Made by a program: the position numbers and the translations under genes. The notes under the pieces are model-generated. The model did not search any database. It saw only the letters and a program-made list of their open reading frames with translations, and was not told where the DNA came from. Shown here piece after piece: positions 31,901 to 42,250 of a stretch of 64,000 nt of DNA (position 1 is the first letter of the stretch; every line of letters begins with the position of its first letter). The stretch comes from an uncultured cyanobacterium (GTDB lineage Bacteria > Cyanobacteriota > Cyanobacteriia > Leptolyngbyales > Leptolyngbyaceae), in contig CAVYAN010000075.1 of NCBI GenBank assembly GCA_963766075.1, forward strand, positions 1-64,000. Direction: 5' to 3'.

Positions 31901-34900
31901 CGCAGAATTGCCCTATCCGCTGCGCTATCGGGTGGATGCCCAAGTGTCAGATGTGTCGAATCTGTCGGTGGCGGATTCCCGGGAGTTTGTGGCCTTGCCC
32001 AGCGATCGCCTGATTGGTCTCAAGACGGATTTTGTTGCTACCGCTGGCAGTGCCTTTCCGGTGCGTGTGATCGTAACGGATGTGTCGGGCACAGCGATCG
32101 CCAATCAAAAAGTTCGGGTCGAGCTACAGCAAATGAACTACAGCCGCATTGCCCGTGTTGTCGAAGGCAGCCGTGTGGATCAAAATCAAGTGGAGTATAA
32201 AACCGTCGCCACGGCAGACCTCGATTCTGCCAATGCCGCTGCCATGGTGTCGCTCACCCCGCCAACGTCGGGATCCTACCGCCTCCGTGCCAACTTTGTC
32301 GATGCCAAAACTGAGGCTACCGCCACGGAAACCCAAATTTGGGTCACTGGGGAAACCCAGGTAGGCTGGGGCGATCGCTACAGCAATAATCGCCTAGAAG
32401 TCAAACTTGACAAAGAGCGCTATAAACCTGGCGATATTGCCACTGCCATCATCCAATCCCCTTATCCAGAGGGAGAACTCTACTTTGCCGTGATTCGCCA
32501 TAAAACCCTCTACTGGATTAACCAGAAGATGCAAGGCGGTGCGCCTAAAGTTCAATTTCGTGTCACCCCGGACATGATGCCCAATGCCGCTGTCCAAGCG
32601 GTGCTCGTGCGCCAAGGCAAACCCATCCAACAAACGCAACCGGGCAGCCTGGATAAGCTCGTGAAAACCGGCTTTGTTCCGTTCCAAACCAATCTGGATG
32701 ATCAGTACCTGACGGTCACGGCCACGGCCCTACCGGAACTCAAACCGGGTGAAGAACAAAGCCTGCAATTCAGCCTCAAGAATCCTCAGGACAAACCCGT
32801 CAAGGGCCAACTCACCGTCATGGTGGTCAATGAAGCCGTGCTGCAACTGAGCGGCTATCGCCCTCCCGACTTGGTGCAAACGGTGTACGCTGAGCAGCCA
32901 ATCACAACCCGCCTAAGTGACAATCGCCCTGATGTCGTGCTGCAACCCTTAGCGTCGCCCCTCGACAAAGGTTGGGGCTATGGTGGCGGCCTGTCTGCTG
33001 GGGCGAGCAATACCCGGACCAGAAGCGACTTCCAAGCAATGGCCTACTACAATGGCTCTTTGCCTACCGATGCGACTGGCACCGCCACCGTTCGATTCAA
33101 ACTGCCCGATGATTTGACAACATGGCGGGTTCTGGTCGTCGCGACGGATGGCGATCTGCACTTTGGCAATGGTGAAACTCAGTTTGTCACGACAAAGCCG
33201 CTGATTGCCAATCCTCTACTGCCGCAATTTGCGCGACCGGGCGATCGCCTGCAAATTGGGCTGGCGGTTACCAACACAACGGGACAGTCGGGCAATCTGT
33301 CCATCACGGGAGCAGTGACCAATCCAGTCCAGTTTGACAACAACTCCGGCAGTCTTCAAAGCGCGATCGCAGCCGGAACGCGGGCTTTCCGTTTTCCCAT
33401 TGTTGTCAATGGTGTGGGTGAGGGGGGAGGCGAAACTGAGATTCAATTCACCACCCAGTTGGGTAGTGAATCGGATGCCTTCAAGATTCCGCTGAGCATC
33501 AAGCCGTTAGAGATTACAGAACACGTGATTGATGCGGGCTCGACTAAACATCAAGCCAAAATCTCCTTGAACATTGACAACAAGGTAGCTAACGATCTGG
33601 GTGGATTAGACATTTCCCTGGCGAGTTCGTTGATCCCATCCCTGGCCTTCCCGGCCCAGCAGATTCTGGACGATGATGAACTGCCCTTTTTGGAGCCCGT
33701 CGCTAGCCATTTGGCGATCGCGGCCAATCTGCAGGTTCTGACCCAAACCTATGGGCAAATCTTCACCGGCATTAATCCGGCTCAGCAGTCTAGCGCAGCA
33801 ATTACCCAGCTCCTAAAACTGCAACTCCCCGATGGTGGCTTCGCGGCGTTCCCCGGTCAAACCAAAGCCGATCCCTTTGTTACGCCCTATGCGGCCCAGA
33901 GTCTGGCCCGCGCCATCCGTGTCTTTAGTCCAGCGAATCCATTAGCCCCAGCACCAGATTCCCTCATTCCACCCCTCAAAACCTATCTCAAAAAGCTGCT
34001 GGCCGATCCGGGGCAGTCCGAATTCTGTAAAGACCCCGTCTGCAAGAATCGGGTGCGAATTGAGGCGCTGATAGCTTTGGCAGATTTGGGCGATCGCCAC
34101 AATGACTTTATTACCGACCTGTATGATCAACGCCAAAAGCTCAATCGCCTCAGCCAACTCAAATTTGCCCGCTACCTCTCCCAAACCCCAAATTGGGAGA
34201 AGGAAGGGCAGCAAATGGCCCAGGGGCTACTGAAATCCGTCTATGAAACCGGACGCAGCGCCAGCATTCAGCCTGACAGTCCCCAGTCGGTTGGTTGGCA
34301 GTGGCTCAATTCGCCCACCATTGCCCAAGCCCAAACGCTGCGATTGGCCGCCAGTCAAAAGACCCGGATCGACCTAGTGGATAAGCTGGTGCAAGGGCTC
34401 ATGGACCAGCGGCGTAATGGCACCTGGCAGAGTTCCTACGCCACTGCCCAAGCCCTCAATGCCCTCGTGGACTACAGCAGTCTGCAACCCATTCCGCCAA
34501 ATTTCCAGGCCACCGCGACTCTAGCCGGTAAGTCCCTCGTCTCGGCCCAGTTCCAGGGCTACCGCGCACCCAGCACCCGAGTCAAAGTTCCCATGGGCGA
34601 TCTGCCCGCGATCGCCATGACCTCATTCTAAAGAAATCCGGACGTGGCATTCTGCATTATCTGGTTGCCTATCGTTATCGCCTGCAAGGCAATCCGCCCG
34701 GTCGCCTGAATGGGCTGCGAATCACCCGCCTGATCCGCCCCGCGAATCAAAACAACGTGATTTACAAAGCTGGACTCTATACCAAGGATGCCCTAACGCT
34801 TACTCCTGGCCAGGTCTTTGATGTGGGCCTAGAAATCATCACCGACCACCCCGTCGATCGCGTCGTGATCACCGATCCGCTCCCCGCCGGATTTGAAGCC

Positions 34901-35161
34901 GTGGACAATAGCTTCCAAACCAGTACGCCCTACTACCAAGCCCAAGCCGACAATTGGCAAATTAGCTACAAAACCATGCATCATGATCGGGTCATTGCGT
35001 TTGGCGATCGCCTTGATCCCGGGGTTTACACGCTGCACTACTTAGTCCGCTCCGTTACTCCCGGAACATTTCTCTATCCTGGAGCCGAAGTCCATCTCCA
35101 ATACGCACCAGAGGAATTTGGGCGATCAGCAGCCACCACGCTCGTTATCAAGGGCGATTAA
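28923..35161 (+). CDS. Bacterial alpha-2-macroglobulin lipoprotein (frameshift ~34607)
   Basis: Lipobox LGGC, SDRQLYQPGE, EFKPPNFKV, LPDDLTTWRV, DPLPAGFEAVD, YAPEEFGRS; start codon uncertain. Confidence 0.9.
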
Positions 35162-35283
35162 AAGCCAAGGGCAAATCAAAGGTATGAACCTGCGGAGCAA
35201 GCCTCGGTAGGTATTCTGCCCCAAGGAGCGACTCTATCCAAGGAGATAAAAATCAAGGGTGATAGAAGTCGTAGGTAAAGTTG

Positions 35284-35559
35284 TCATTTGACTTCCCCTA
35301 CGACTAGACACCATTCATGCAGGGTGTATTCTACACAGCCATTTTGAACCAGCGGATCCTGCGCCACGATCGCCTCTGCCTCGGCTAGAGACTCCGCCTG
35401 AAACAACAGCATTCCTCCACCATAACCACGCCAGTAGCCGGTTTTGGCCTGATGTCCCTGGGCAATCAAATTCTGGACAAAGGCTTTGTGGGCCGGTACA
35501 TACTGATCAAAGGTGGGCTTGTCCACAATACCCACTTCAATTTTGACAAACCACGGCAT
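35284..35559 (-). CDS. YciI family protein
   Basis: MPWFVKIE...AHKAFV...GGGMLLF...DPLVQNG. Confidence 0.85.
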   Translation of the reverse strand: MPWFVKIEVGIVDKPTFDQYVPAHKAFVQNLIAQGHQAKTGYWRGYGGGMLLFQAESLAEAEAIVAQDPLVQNGCVEYTLHEWCLVVGEVK

Positions 35560-35572
35560 AGGCAGCAGGGTA

Positions 35573-37198
35573 TTACGGCTTGGCGGGCGTAGGCGGGGGA
35601 CTGATTGGCGGCGGAGCAGGAGACTTGCTCGGCAACGCGCTGGGCGTAACCAAGGGAGACGCTGCCGGGGCAGTAGGACTGGCAACTGGAGAAGGGCTAG
35701 TGGATGGAATTGCTGCTGGAGCAGGTGAACGCTTGGGGGCGCTTGCTGGGGCTGCTTGGGTAGGGGGGGCAGGAACGCGATCGCCCAGAATGGTGCCATT
35801 GCCTGGAGTGTAGAACACCCCTGCTACACAGGCAATCATCAAGGTGGCTAAAGTCCCCACAAATAAAGCCTTCCAGCCCAGTTCCGAAATATCTTTGCGG
35901 CGGGAGGGAATCAGCGCAATTGTGCCCCCGACAAAGATGCCCACAGAAGCAAGGTGGGCAAAGCCTGACAGGGCATAGCTAACAATCACAACGGCGCGAT
36001 CGCTAATCACCCGCTCGGCAGCGGGCAGTTCTGCCGCCGCTGCCAAAGCCTGATAGGGTGGAATCGCCGTCTCAAACAAGCGGCGACCAATAATCACCGA
36101 CGACTCCCACAGTTCTTGCCAGTTATCCGAAACACCCGTCAGAGCGGTAAAGGGCAGAAACAAGGCCCCCAAAATTGTCTGCAAGTTGACCACACTAAAA
36201 AAGTCGCCCACTGGCCCATCAATACTCGCCAGCCAGCCAAACCCTTGATTGACCAGCGATACCAACCCCAAAATTAGGATCAGCACCGCCGCAATGGAAA
36301 CGGCCATTTTTACCCCATCCAGGGATCCGACAATCGCCGCATCCAGAGGACTCATCCGCAGCATCGGCTCACCGCCCACCATTTCGGGTTCAGCTTCCTC
36401 TGGCGCATCGGCATACTCTGCGTCGGGATTTATAACTTTGCCCGCAGGCCCTTCCACGGGAATTCCCCCCGCTGTCAAGGGAACTTCGGTTTCTGGCACC
36501 AAAATCTTGGACAGGACAAAGCAAGCGGGAATGGCAATAATCGACGCCGAAACAAGGTGCCCCAGAATGTTGGGAAATACAGGCTTCAGAAAGCTGACAT
36601 AGATGGCCAACGTTGAGGAAGCGGCTGTCCCAAAGCAACACGCCAAAATCGCACAGAGTTCACTGCGAGTCATCTTGGCGAGAAAAGGCTTGACCACGAT
36701 CGCCGCTTCAATCCCGACAAAAATGTTCGCGGCTCCACTCAACGCCTCGGCCCCACTTAAACGCATGGTCCGATAGAAAACCTTTGCAAACACATTGGTG
36801 ATCACCTGAATCACGCCAATGTTGTACAGCAGCGCCATTAGCCCCGAAAAGAAAATCACCGTGGGTAATGCTCGAAAAGCAAAAATATAGCCCAGATTTA
36901 TATCCGATGGCTTCCCCGGCAACGGCACAATATTGCGCCCAAACACAAAGCGGGCCCCGGTATCTGCGGCGTCAAAGATACTATTCAGCAGGTTGCTAAA
37001 AATCTGCAAACCATCGCGTGTGCCGGGTACCACAAACACCAGCGCCCCCAGAACCAGTTGCAGCAAAATTCCCGACACCATGATGCGCCAGGGAAAAGCG
37101 CGGGGACTACGATTTTCGGAAAACCCCCAGGTGATCGCGCACAATCCAAAGATGCCCAGGAAGGAAATTAAGTTTAAATGGTTCATGGGAGAATGCAC
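35573..37198 (-). CDS. NupC/CNT-family nucleoside transporter
   Basis: FAFRALPTVIFFSGL, AANIFVG, YALSGFA; multiple TMs. Confidence 0.88.
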   Translation of the reverse strand: MHSPMNHLNLISFLGIFGLCAITWGFSENRSPRAFPWRIMVSGILLQLVLGALVFVVPGTRDGLQIFSNLLNSIFDAADTGARFVFGRNIVPLPGKPSDINLGYIFAFRALPTVIFFSGLMALLYNIGVIQVITNVFAKVFYRTMRLSGAEALSGAANIFVGIEAAIVVKPFLAKMTRSELCAILACCFGTAASSTLAIYVSFLKPVFPNILGHLVSASIIAIPACFVLSKILVPETEVPLTAGGIPVEGPAGKVINPDAEYADAPEEAEPEMVGGEPMLRMSPLDAAIVGSLDGVKMAVSIAAVLILILGLVSLVNQGFGWLASIDGPVGDFFSVVNLQTILGALFLPFTALTGVSDNWQELWESSVIIGRRLFETAIPPYQALAAAAELPAAERVISDRAVVIVSYALSGFAHLASVGIFVGGTIALIPSRRKDISELGWKALFVGTLATLMIACVAGVFYTPGNGTILGDRVPAPPTQAAPASAPKRSPAPAAIPSTSPSPVASPTAPAASPLVTPSALPSKSPAPPPISPPPTPAKP

Positions 37199-37536
37199 CG
37201 TGGGCGGTGGGTGAAGCAGGAGTGGGATTTTAGAGTTTGGAGTTTAGAGGGTGGATTTTAGATGTTGGATGGTTGCCAAAATCTAAAAATCCCTGGCCTA
37301 AATAGGGTGGCGTGGGGCGATCGCGCGAAGGCCCCGTAAAGAAAATACTCGAATTTGGCAATCTTGGCTGAGAAAAGATACACGCCAAAACAATTTGTCG
37401 AATTTTGAGGAGGCTGCCGTGGGTCAGCATGACCTTTATCCCAGGCTCCTGGTAGAGAAGCTTCCCCTGAAGGAACCGAATTTTAAGCCGTATACGTATA
37501 CTTGATCTAAGACTCTTTATATATCCCAATACTCAA

Positions 37537-38055
37537 TTGCTACCGGACGACCTTACCCAAAAATCCCCACCCATCGATTGCCCGGTGCCCGATGAGCAGC
37601 AGCCGCTGAATGAATATCGCGAGTTGCAGGAGTCAGGCTTTTTTCAGTGGGGTACGATGGCGATACCTGCTTATTTGCGCAAGCTTGCGTGGTCCTGGGG
37701 CTGGAGTTGGGCGATCGCAGGTCCGGTCGCCGCCGCCAGTTTTCCACCGGCCAAGCATCCTCTGCCGTTTTTTTTGATGGGCTTCATGGGCGCATCTCTA
37801 TTTTTGGCGCTGATTGTCCTGCGCCTCTACTTGGGCTGGGTGTATGTCTACTCCCGCTTGGCCAATGACACAGTGTTCTACGAAGAGTCGGGTTGGTATG
37901 ATGGCCAAGTGTGGTCCAAGCCTCTCGCGGTGCAAACCCAAGATAAATTGGTGGTTACCTATCAAGTGCAACCGGTGCTGCGTCGGCTTTACTGGACCTT
38001 TGGGGGGCTGGCGATCGCCCTGCTGCTGGGCGGTGTTACCTGGCTCTTGGTCTAG
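37537..38055 (+). CDS. CGLD27/Ycf36 (DUF1230) family protein
   Basis: CPVPDEQQPLNEY, RLYLGW, YEESGWYDGQVW. Confidence 0.9.
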   Translation: MLPDDLTQKSPPIDCPVPDEQQPLNEYRELQESGFFQWGTMAIPAYLRKLAWSWGWSWAIAGPVAAASFPPAKHPLPFFLMGFMGASLFLALIVLRLYLGWVYVYSRLANDTVFYEESGWYDGQVWSKPLAVQTQDKLVVTYQVQPVLRRLYWTFGGLAIALLLGGVTWLLV

Positions 38056-38157
38056 CCCGGTCTGGGGGATCTCGCATTTTTCTCGGCGCTACGGGACCCT
38101 TCCCGGTAAGATTGATAAGGAGATTTGGCGCGGTCTTAGGCGAGGGACAAGGGCGGT

Positions 38158-39061
38158 ATGGATGATTTAATTGAAGGGATTCAGGAATTTCGGGAATCCT
38201 ACGTTTCCACCCATCGGGAGTTATTTGAACAACTCTCCCAGGGGCAAACCCCCCAGTTTTTATTTATCACCTGTTCCGATTCACGCATTGCGCCTAACCT
38301 GATCACCCAGTCAGATTTGGGCGATTTGTTTGTCATTCGCAATGCCGGCAATATCATGCCACCTTACGGGGCTGCCAATGGCGGCGAAGGAGCCGCTTTG
38401 GAGTACGCCCTGCAGGCGCTGGGGATTGAGCAAATTATTGTCTGTGGGCATTCCCACTGTGGCGCAATGAAGGGCCTACTGCATTTAAACAAGCTGCAGG
38501 AAAAAATGCCCCTCGTCTATGATTGGCTCAAACATGCCGAAGCCACCCGCCGATTGGTCATAGATAACTACAAAGGCTACAGCGACGAAGAACTGATTGA
38601 AATTGCCGTCGCCGAGAACGTCCTGACCCAAATTGAAAATCTCAAGACCTATCCCATCGTCCGCTCTCGTCTGTTTCAGGGCAAGCTCAGCATCTACGGT
38701 TGGATTTACCACATTGAAACGGGGGAAATCCTGGCCTATGATCCAGACACTCATGCCTATATTCCGCCTCAAACGGTGTTGGTAGGGGCGGGGAGAGGAC
38801 AAGGTCGAGCCAGGAATCTTTGTGAAAACCATGGCACCGCCTGTAGCCTGTGAAGTGCCCCAAACCGTAGCGCAACCGGGGCGTTTGTCAGAATTAGTGC
38901 CGTCCTATGGGCATTCGGGGAATGGAGCAGCGGCAGCCCCCGCGCCGGTTTCCCCAGCCACTCCACCGGCCTTATCTACCCAACCTTCTCCAGCAAATGG
39001 CACCAGTTGGCTGTCACCAGAACAAATCGATCGCATCTATCGGGGCTCGGCAAAACGCTAA
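38158..39061 (+). CDS. ccaA: Beta carbonic anhydrase, carboxysomal CcaA/IcfA type (frameshift ~38790)
   Basis: CSDSR, RNAGN, HSHCG; C-terminal WLSPEQIDRIYRG lies in the second frame. Confidence 0.88.
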
Positions 39062-39135
39062 CGTCTGAGCCTTTAGGCGATTTCCGACAAGTATAATATA
39101 CCTACTGCTGGCTTCGGCTCCGCTCCGCCAACGCA

Positions 39136-39173
39136 GAGATTCCTCCCTGAGCGAAGTCGAAGGGAACAATCTC
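39136..39173. repeat. REP-like palindrome (copy 2)
   Basis: CTCCCTGAGCGAAGTCGAAGGGA. Confidence 0.85.
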
Positions 39174-39181
39174 GGTCGGTA

Positions 39182-40102
39182 TTATAGATCCTTCTGCTGA
39201 CCCGATAAGTATTTATCCAGGAACGGTAAAACGCCATCGGCGACCTGTTCGGGATACTCTTCATGGAGCCCGAGGGAGCCTTGGGTGCGATAGACCTGCA
39301 CACTGGTGAAATGGGCCAAGACTTCCATTTCTTCGCGGGATTTAGGCGGTAGGTGATCACCAATCACCACCATCACAGGCACGGGTAATGGCTGAAACTC
39401 CAATATCCATTCCGCTCGAGAACGCAATGGATCTAGAGCCCCTGTGACAAACGCTGCTGAGGCAAAGCGGGCACCGCGCCTGCGGGCAATCCGCCGTTTT
39501 TGGCGGATCAGGTCGCGAGTGATGTGGACGCGATCGCAGAATACATGCCGCCCGATCATAAATCGCAGCAAAATTCCCGTTGTGTTTAGAAAATACAGAA
39601 ATTGGCCCAGGATTGGCAAATTGATCATCTGCTGCACTACCCGGTAGCACCGTCGCCGCTGTTCGCCCATCATCGTCGGCAAAGGACCGCGCCACGTGGG
39701 AGCCAAGAGCACCACCCAGGACCATAGATGCTTTTGCGCCAGTTCCATGACGTAGCCTGCACTGTGTCCTGCCGCCATCACCACAATCGGTCCCTTAAAG
39801 GTAGTCTGGACGAAATCCCGTAGAAATGCCTTGTAGACCGCTGGACTGTAGGCCATGTTGGGGCGATCGCTGTCGCCAAAGCCAATCCAGTCAAGCAAAA
39901 AAACCTGGTGTTTCTGCGCCAGGTAAGCCGCCAATCCCCGCAATTCATCCCGACTGGAAATCGTACTCAGGGCAGGCAGTAACAAAATGGGCTGGCCCGT
40001 GCCCAGCACCTCGTAGGTAGCCACAATAGTATTGCCTTGCCAGCGCCACGAATAGGACTGTAGTGATGCATTCAAGTCGGGATGGGTCATAGGGATTGGC
40101 AC
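39182..40102 (-). CDS. Alpha/beta fold hydrolase
   Basis: LLLPALSTISSR, DWIGFGDSDRP, AAGHSAGY, LGLHEEYP. Confidence 0.85.
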   Translation of the reverse strand: MPIPMTHPDLNASLQSYSWRWQGNTIVATYEVLGTGQPILLLPALSTISSRDELRGLAAYLAQKHQVFLLDWIGFGDSDRPNMAYSPAVYKAFLRDFVQTTFKGPIVVMAAGHSAGYVMELAQKHLWSWVVLLAPTWRGPLPTMMGEQRRRCYRVVQQMINLPILGQFLYFLNTTGILLRFMIGRHVFCDRVHITRDLIRQKRRIARRRGARFASAAFVTGALDPLRSRAEWILEFQPLPVPVMVVIGDHLPPKSREEMEVLAHFTSVQVYRTQGSLGLHEEYPEQVADGVLPFLDKYLSGQQKDL

Positions 40103-40189
40103 AGTAAAATCACATCAGTCCTAGTGATTTTACGATACCCTGGCGACGCCCCAGAGACATCATTGCCATGCATGATTGCCCATCACCCG

Positions 40190-40627
40190 CTAGGATTGGT
40201 CCGTTCCCAGCACAGCGGCCTTCTGTTGCATCATGCTAAAAATGTTGTAAAACCCATTGGCGCGAGAAGGCGTCAGGCTGACATCTAGCCCCGTTGCCTG
40301 AATGAAATCTGGAGTCAACTTGACGATCTCTGCAACGGTCAAGCCATTGAGGCCCTCTACCAGCAAGGCCACTAACCCTTTGACCAGTTGGGCATCGGAA
40401 TCACCTTGATACATCACCCTGCCGTCTTCCAAATGGGCAATCACATACACCTGGGAAGCGCAACCCGGTACCTTGTTGTCACTAGTTTTTTGCGCTTCTG
40501 GAAAGTCCCCCAGGCGTTTAGCAAACCAAATTAGTTGTTCGTACTTTTGCTTAGGAGCAGTCACGCGCTGCAAGCGCTGGAGTACACGATCCAGAGAGGC
40601 AGGCAAAGGAGCAGACAGGGTAGACAT
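40190..40627 (-). CDS. sufE: SufE family Fe-S sulfur acceptor
   Basis: KVPGCASQVY, GDSDAQLVKGL, LTPSRANGF. Confidence 0.93.
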   Translation of the reverse strand: MSTLSAPLPASLDRVLQRLQRVTAPKQKYEQLIWFAKRLGDFPEAQKTSDNKVPGCASQVYVIAHLEDGRVMYQGDSDAQLVKGLVALLVEGLNGLTVAEIVKLTPDFIQATGLDVSLTPSRANGFYNIFSMMQQKAAVLGTDQS

Positions 40628-40896
40628 AAAGAAAGATAGCAGTGTCTAGTTGCCCTATTGTAAGGGCTTGTGAAGCTTTGTTGTTAAAAGTTATTCATCT
40701 CTCTCCTAATTATCCTCCTCCGGCAGCATTATCCCCCTCCGGTAGCCCCCTTCCCCTTCGGACTGTCGCCACAGTTTACAAAGCTCCCTACTAGGGAAAG
40801 GGCAAATTCACCGGATTGCAGCCTGAGTCTCCCGAAGAATTGGAGGAGGATACCCAGGAATGCTAGCGGCAGCCTGGGCATATTGAAAGACGTAGG

Positions 40897-42234
40897 ATGG
40901 CAACCGTAGGAGTTCGCGAGATGGGTACAACACTTAAATATCGCATTGGTGGCTACCAACCCGGCACCCGCCCAGAGGGTGCCAAATTCCACCAGGTTGG
41001 TCGTTATCAGCAGGAACAACTGCCCCGTCGCGTTGATTTGCGAAAGTTCATGACCGACGTAGAGGAGCAAGTTGGCAATAGCTGCGTTGCTAATGCCTTT
41101 GTCGGAGCTTATGAATACCTAGCCAAACGGGAGCAGGGTGAATCAGGCGATGTTAGTCGTCTGTTTGTGTACTATAACGCTCGGGCACGGCACAACAGCC
41201 AGCAGGAAGATAGCGGCACGGCGATGTACTGTGCGATCGAGAGCTTGATGGAACATGGAGCCTGCTGCGAAGATCTATGGCCCAATGATGAGTCCATGAT
41301 TTTTAATCAGCCGGATGATCCCGCCTATGAGAATGCGGTCAATTTTACAATTACTGAAGCTGAAGGCATTGAGACTGATTTGGTCCTGTGGAAGCATACT
41401 CTGGCCGAAGGATATCCGATTGCGTTTGCGCTCAATCTGTTTGAATCCTTTAACCATGCAACAGAAAATCGGGGCCGTATTTCACTACCTAAGAAATCTG
41501 AGCCCGTGAAAGATACCCATGCGTGGCACGCCATGCTCTGTGTGGGCTATTCCGACAAAGACCAGATGTTTATTGTGAGAAACTCTTGGGGATCTGACTG
41601 GGGAGATCAGGGCTATTGCTATATTCCCTATAGCTATGTTATGCACCCGGACTATAACGGCCATGATTCCTGGATTATTAAATCAGTGAACGATCTGGAT
41701 TTCGTTTCTGAGGGCTGGGAAGACGATGCCTCCTCCTTCGCGGACGAGGATTCCTTGCTGCTTTACGACTTTTACATCACTACAGAAGATCCTGAAGGTT
41801 TTGCCGAAGCACTGGATGAGCTATGCCAAGAGTATGTCGAGAGCGAAGACGCCTATTACTTTGACTATAACTATGAAGAGTTTGACGAGGAAGAAGCTGA
41901 TGGGGAAGACGAAAACAATGCAGAGGAAATAGCCGGAGAAATAACCGACGAGGAAGAAGTAACCGACGAGGAGGAGGAAGAAACTGACGAGGAGGAGAGT
42001 GAGGAAAGCGAGGAGGAAGAAACCACCGAAAACGCCATCCATTTGGAAATTCTTAACTTTGCCATAACCTTGGCAGACCCGACGGAATTCTTAGAAGCCT
42101 TGGATGCACTTTGCCAGGAGTATGCCGTGGATGAAGACTATGACTATGCGATGGATGGAGACAGTACAGAGGATGAAGATGATGCGGCGGATGAAGAAAG
42201 CACGGAAGAGGACACCGAAGAGAGCGCAGCCTGA
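40897..42234 (+). CDS. Papain-like C1 cysteine peptidase with acidic C-terminal domain
   Basis: Q..NSCVANA (Cys), HAMLCVGY (His), RNSWG (Asn), SRLFVYYNAR. Confidence 0.88.
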   Translation: MATVGVREMGTTLKYRIGGYQPGTRPEGAKFHQVGRYQQEQLPRRVDLRKFMTDVEEQVGNSCVANAFVGAYEYLAKREQGESGDVSRLFVYYNARARHNSQQEDSGTAMYCAIESLMEHGACCEDLWPNDESMIFNQPDDPAYENAVNFTITEAEGIETDLVLWKHTLAEGYPIAFALNLFESFNHATENRGRISLPKKSEPVKDTHAWHAMLCVGYSDKDQMFIVRNSWGSDWGDQGYCYIPYSYVMHPDYNGHDSWIIKSVNDLDFVSEGWEDDASSFADEDSLLLYDFYITTEDPEGFAEALDELCQEYVESEDAYYFDYNYEEFDEEEADGEDENNAEEIAGEITDEEEVTDEEEEETDEEESEESEEEETTENAIHLEILNFAITLADPTEFLEALDALCQEYAVDEDYDYAMDGDSTEDEDDAADEESTEEDTEESAA

Positions 42235-42250
42235 TTAGCGGACCCATCTT

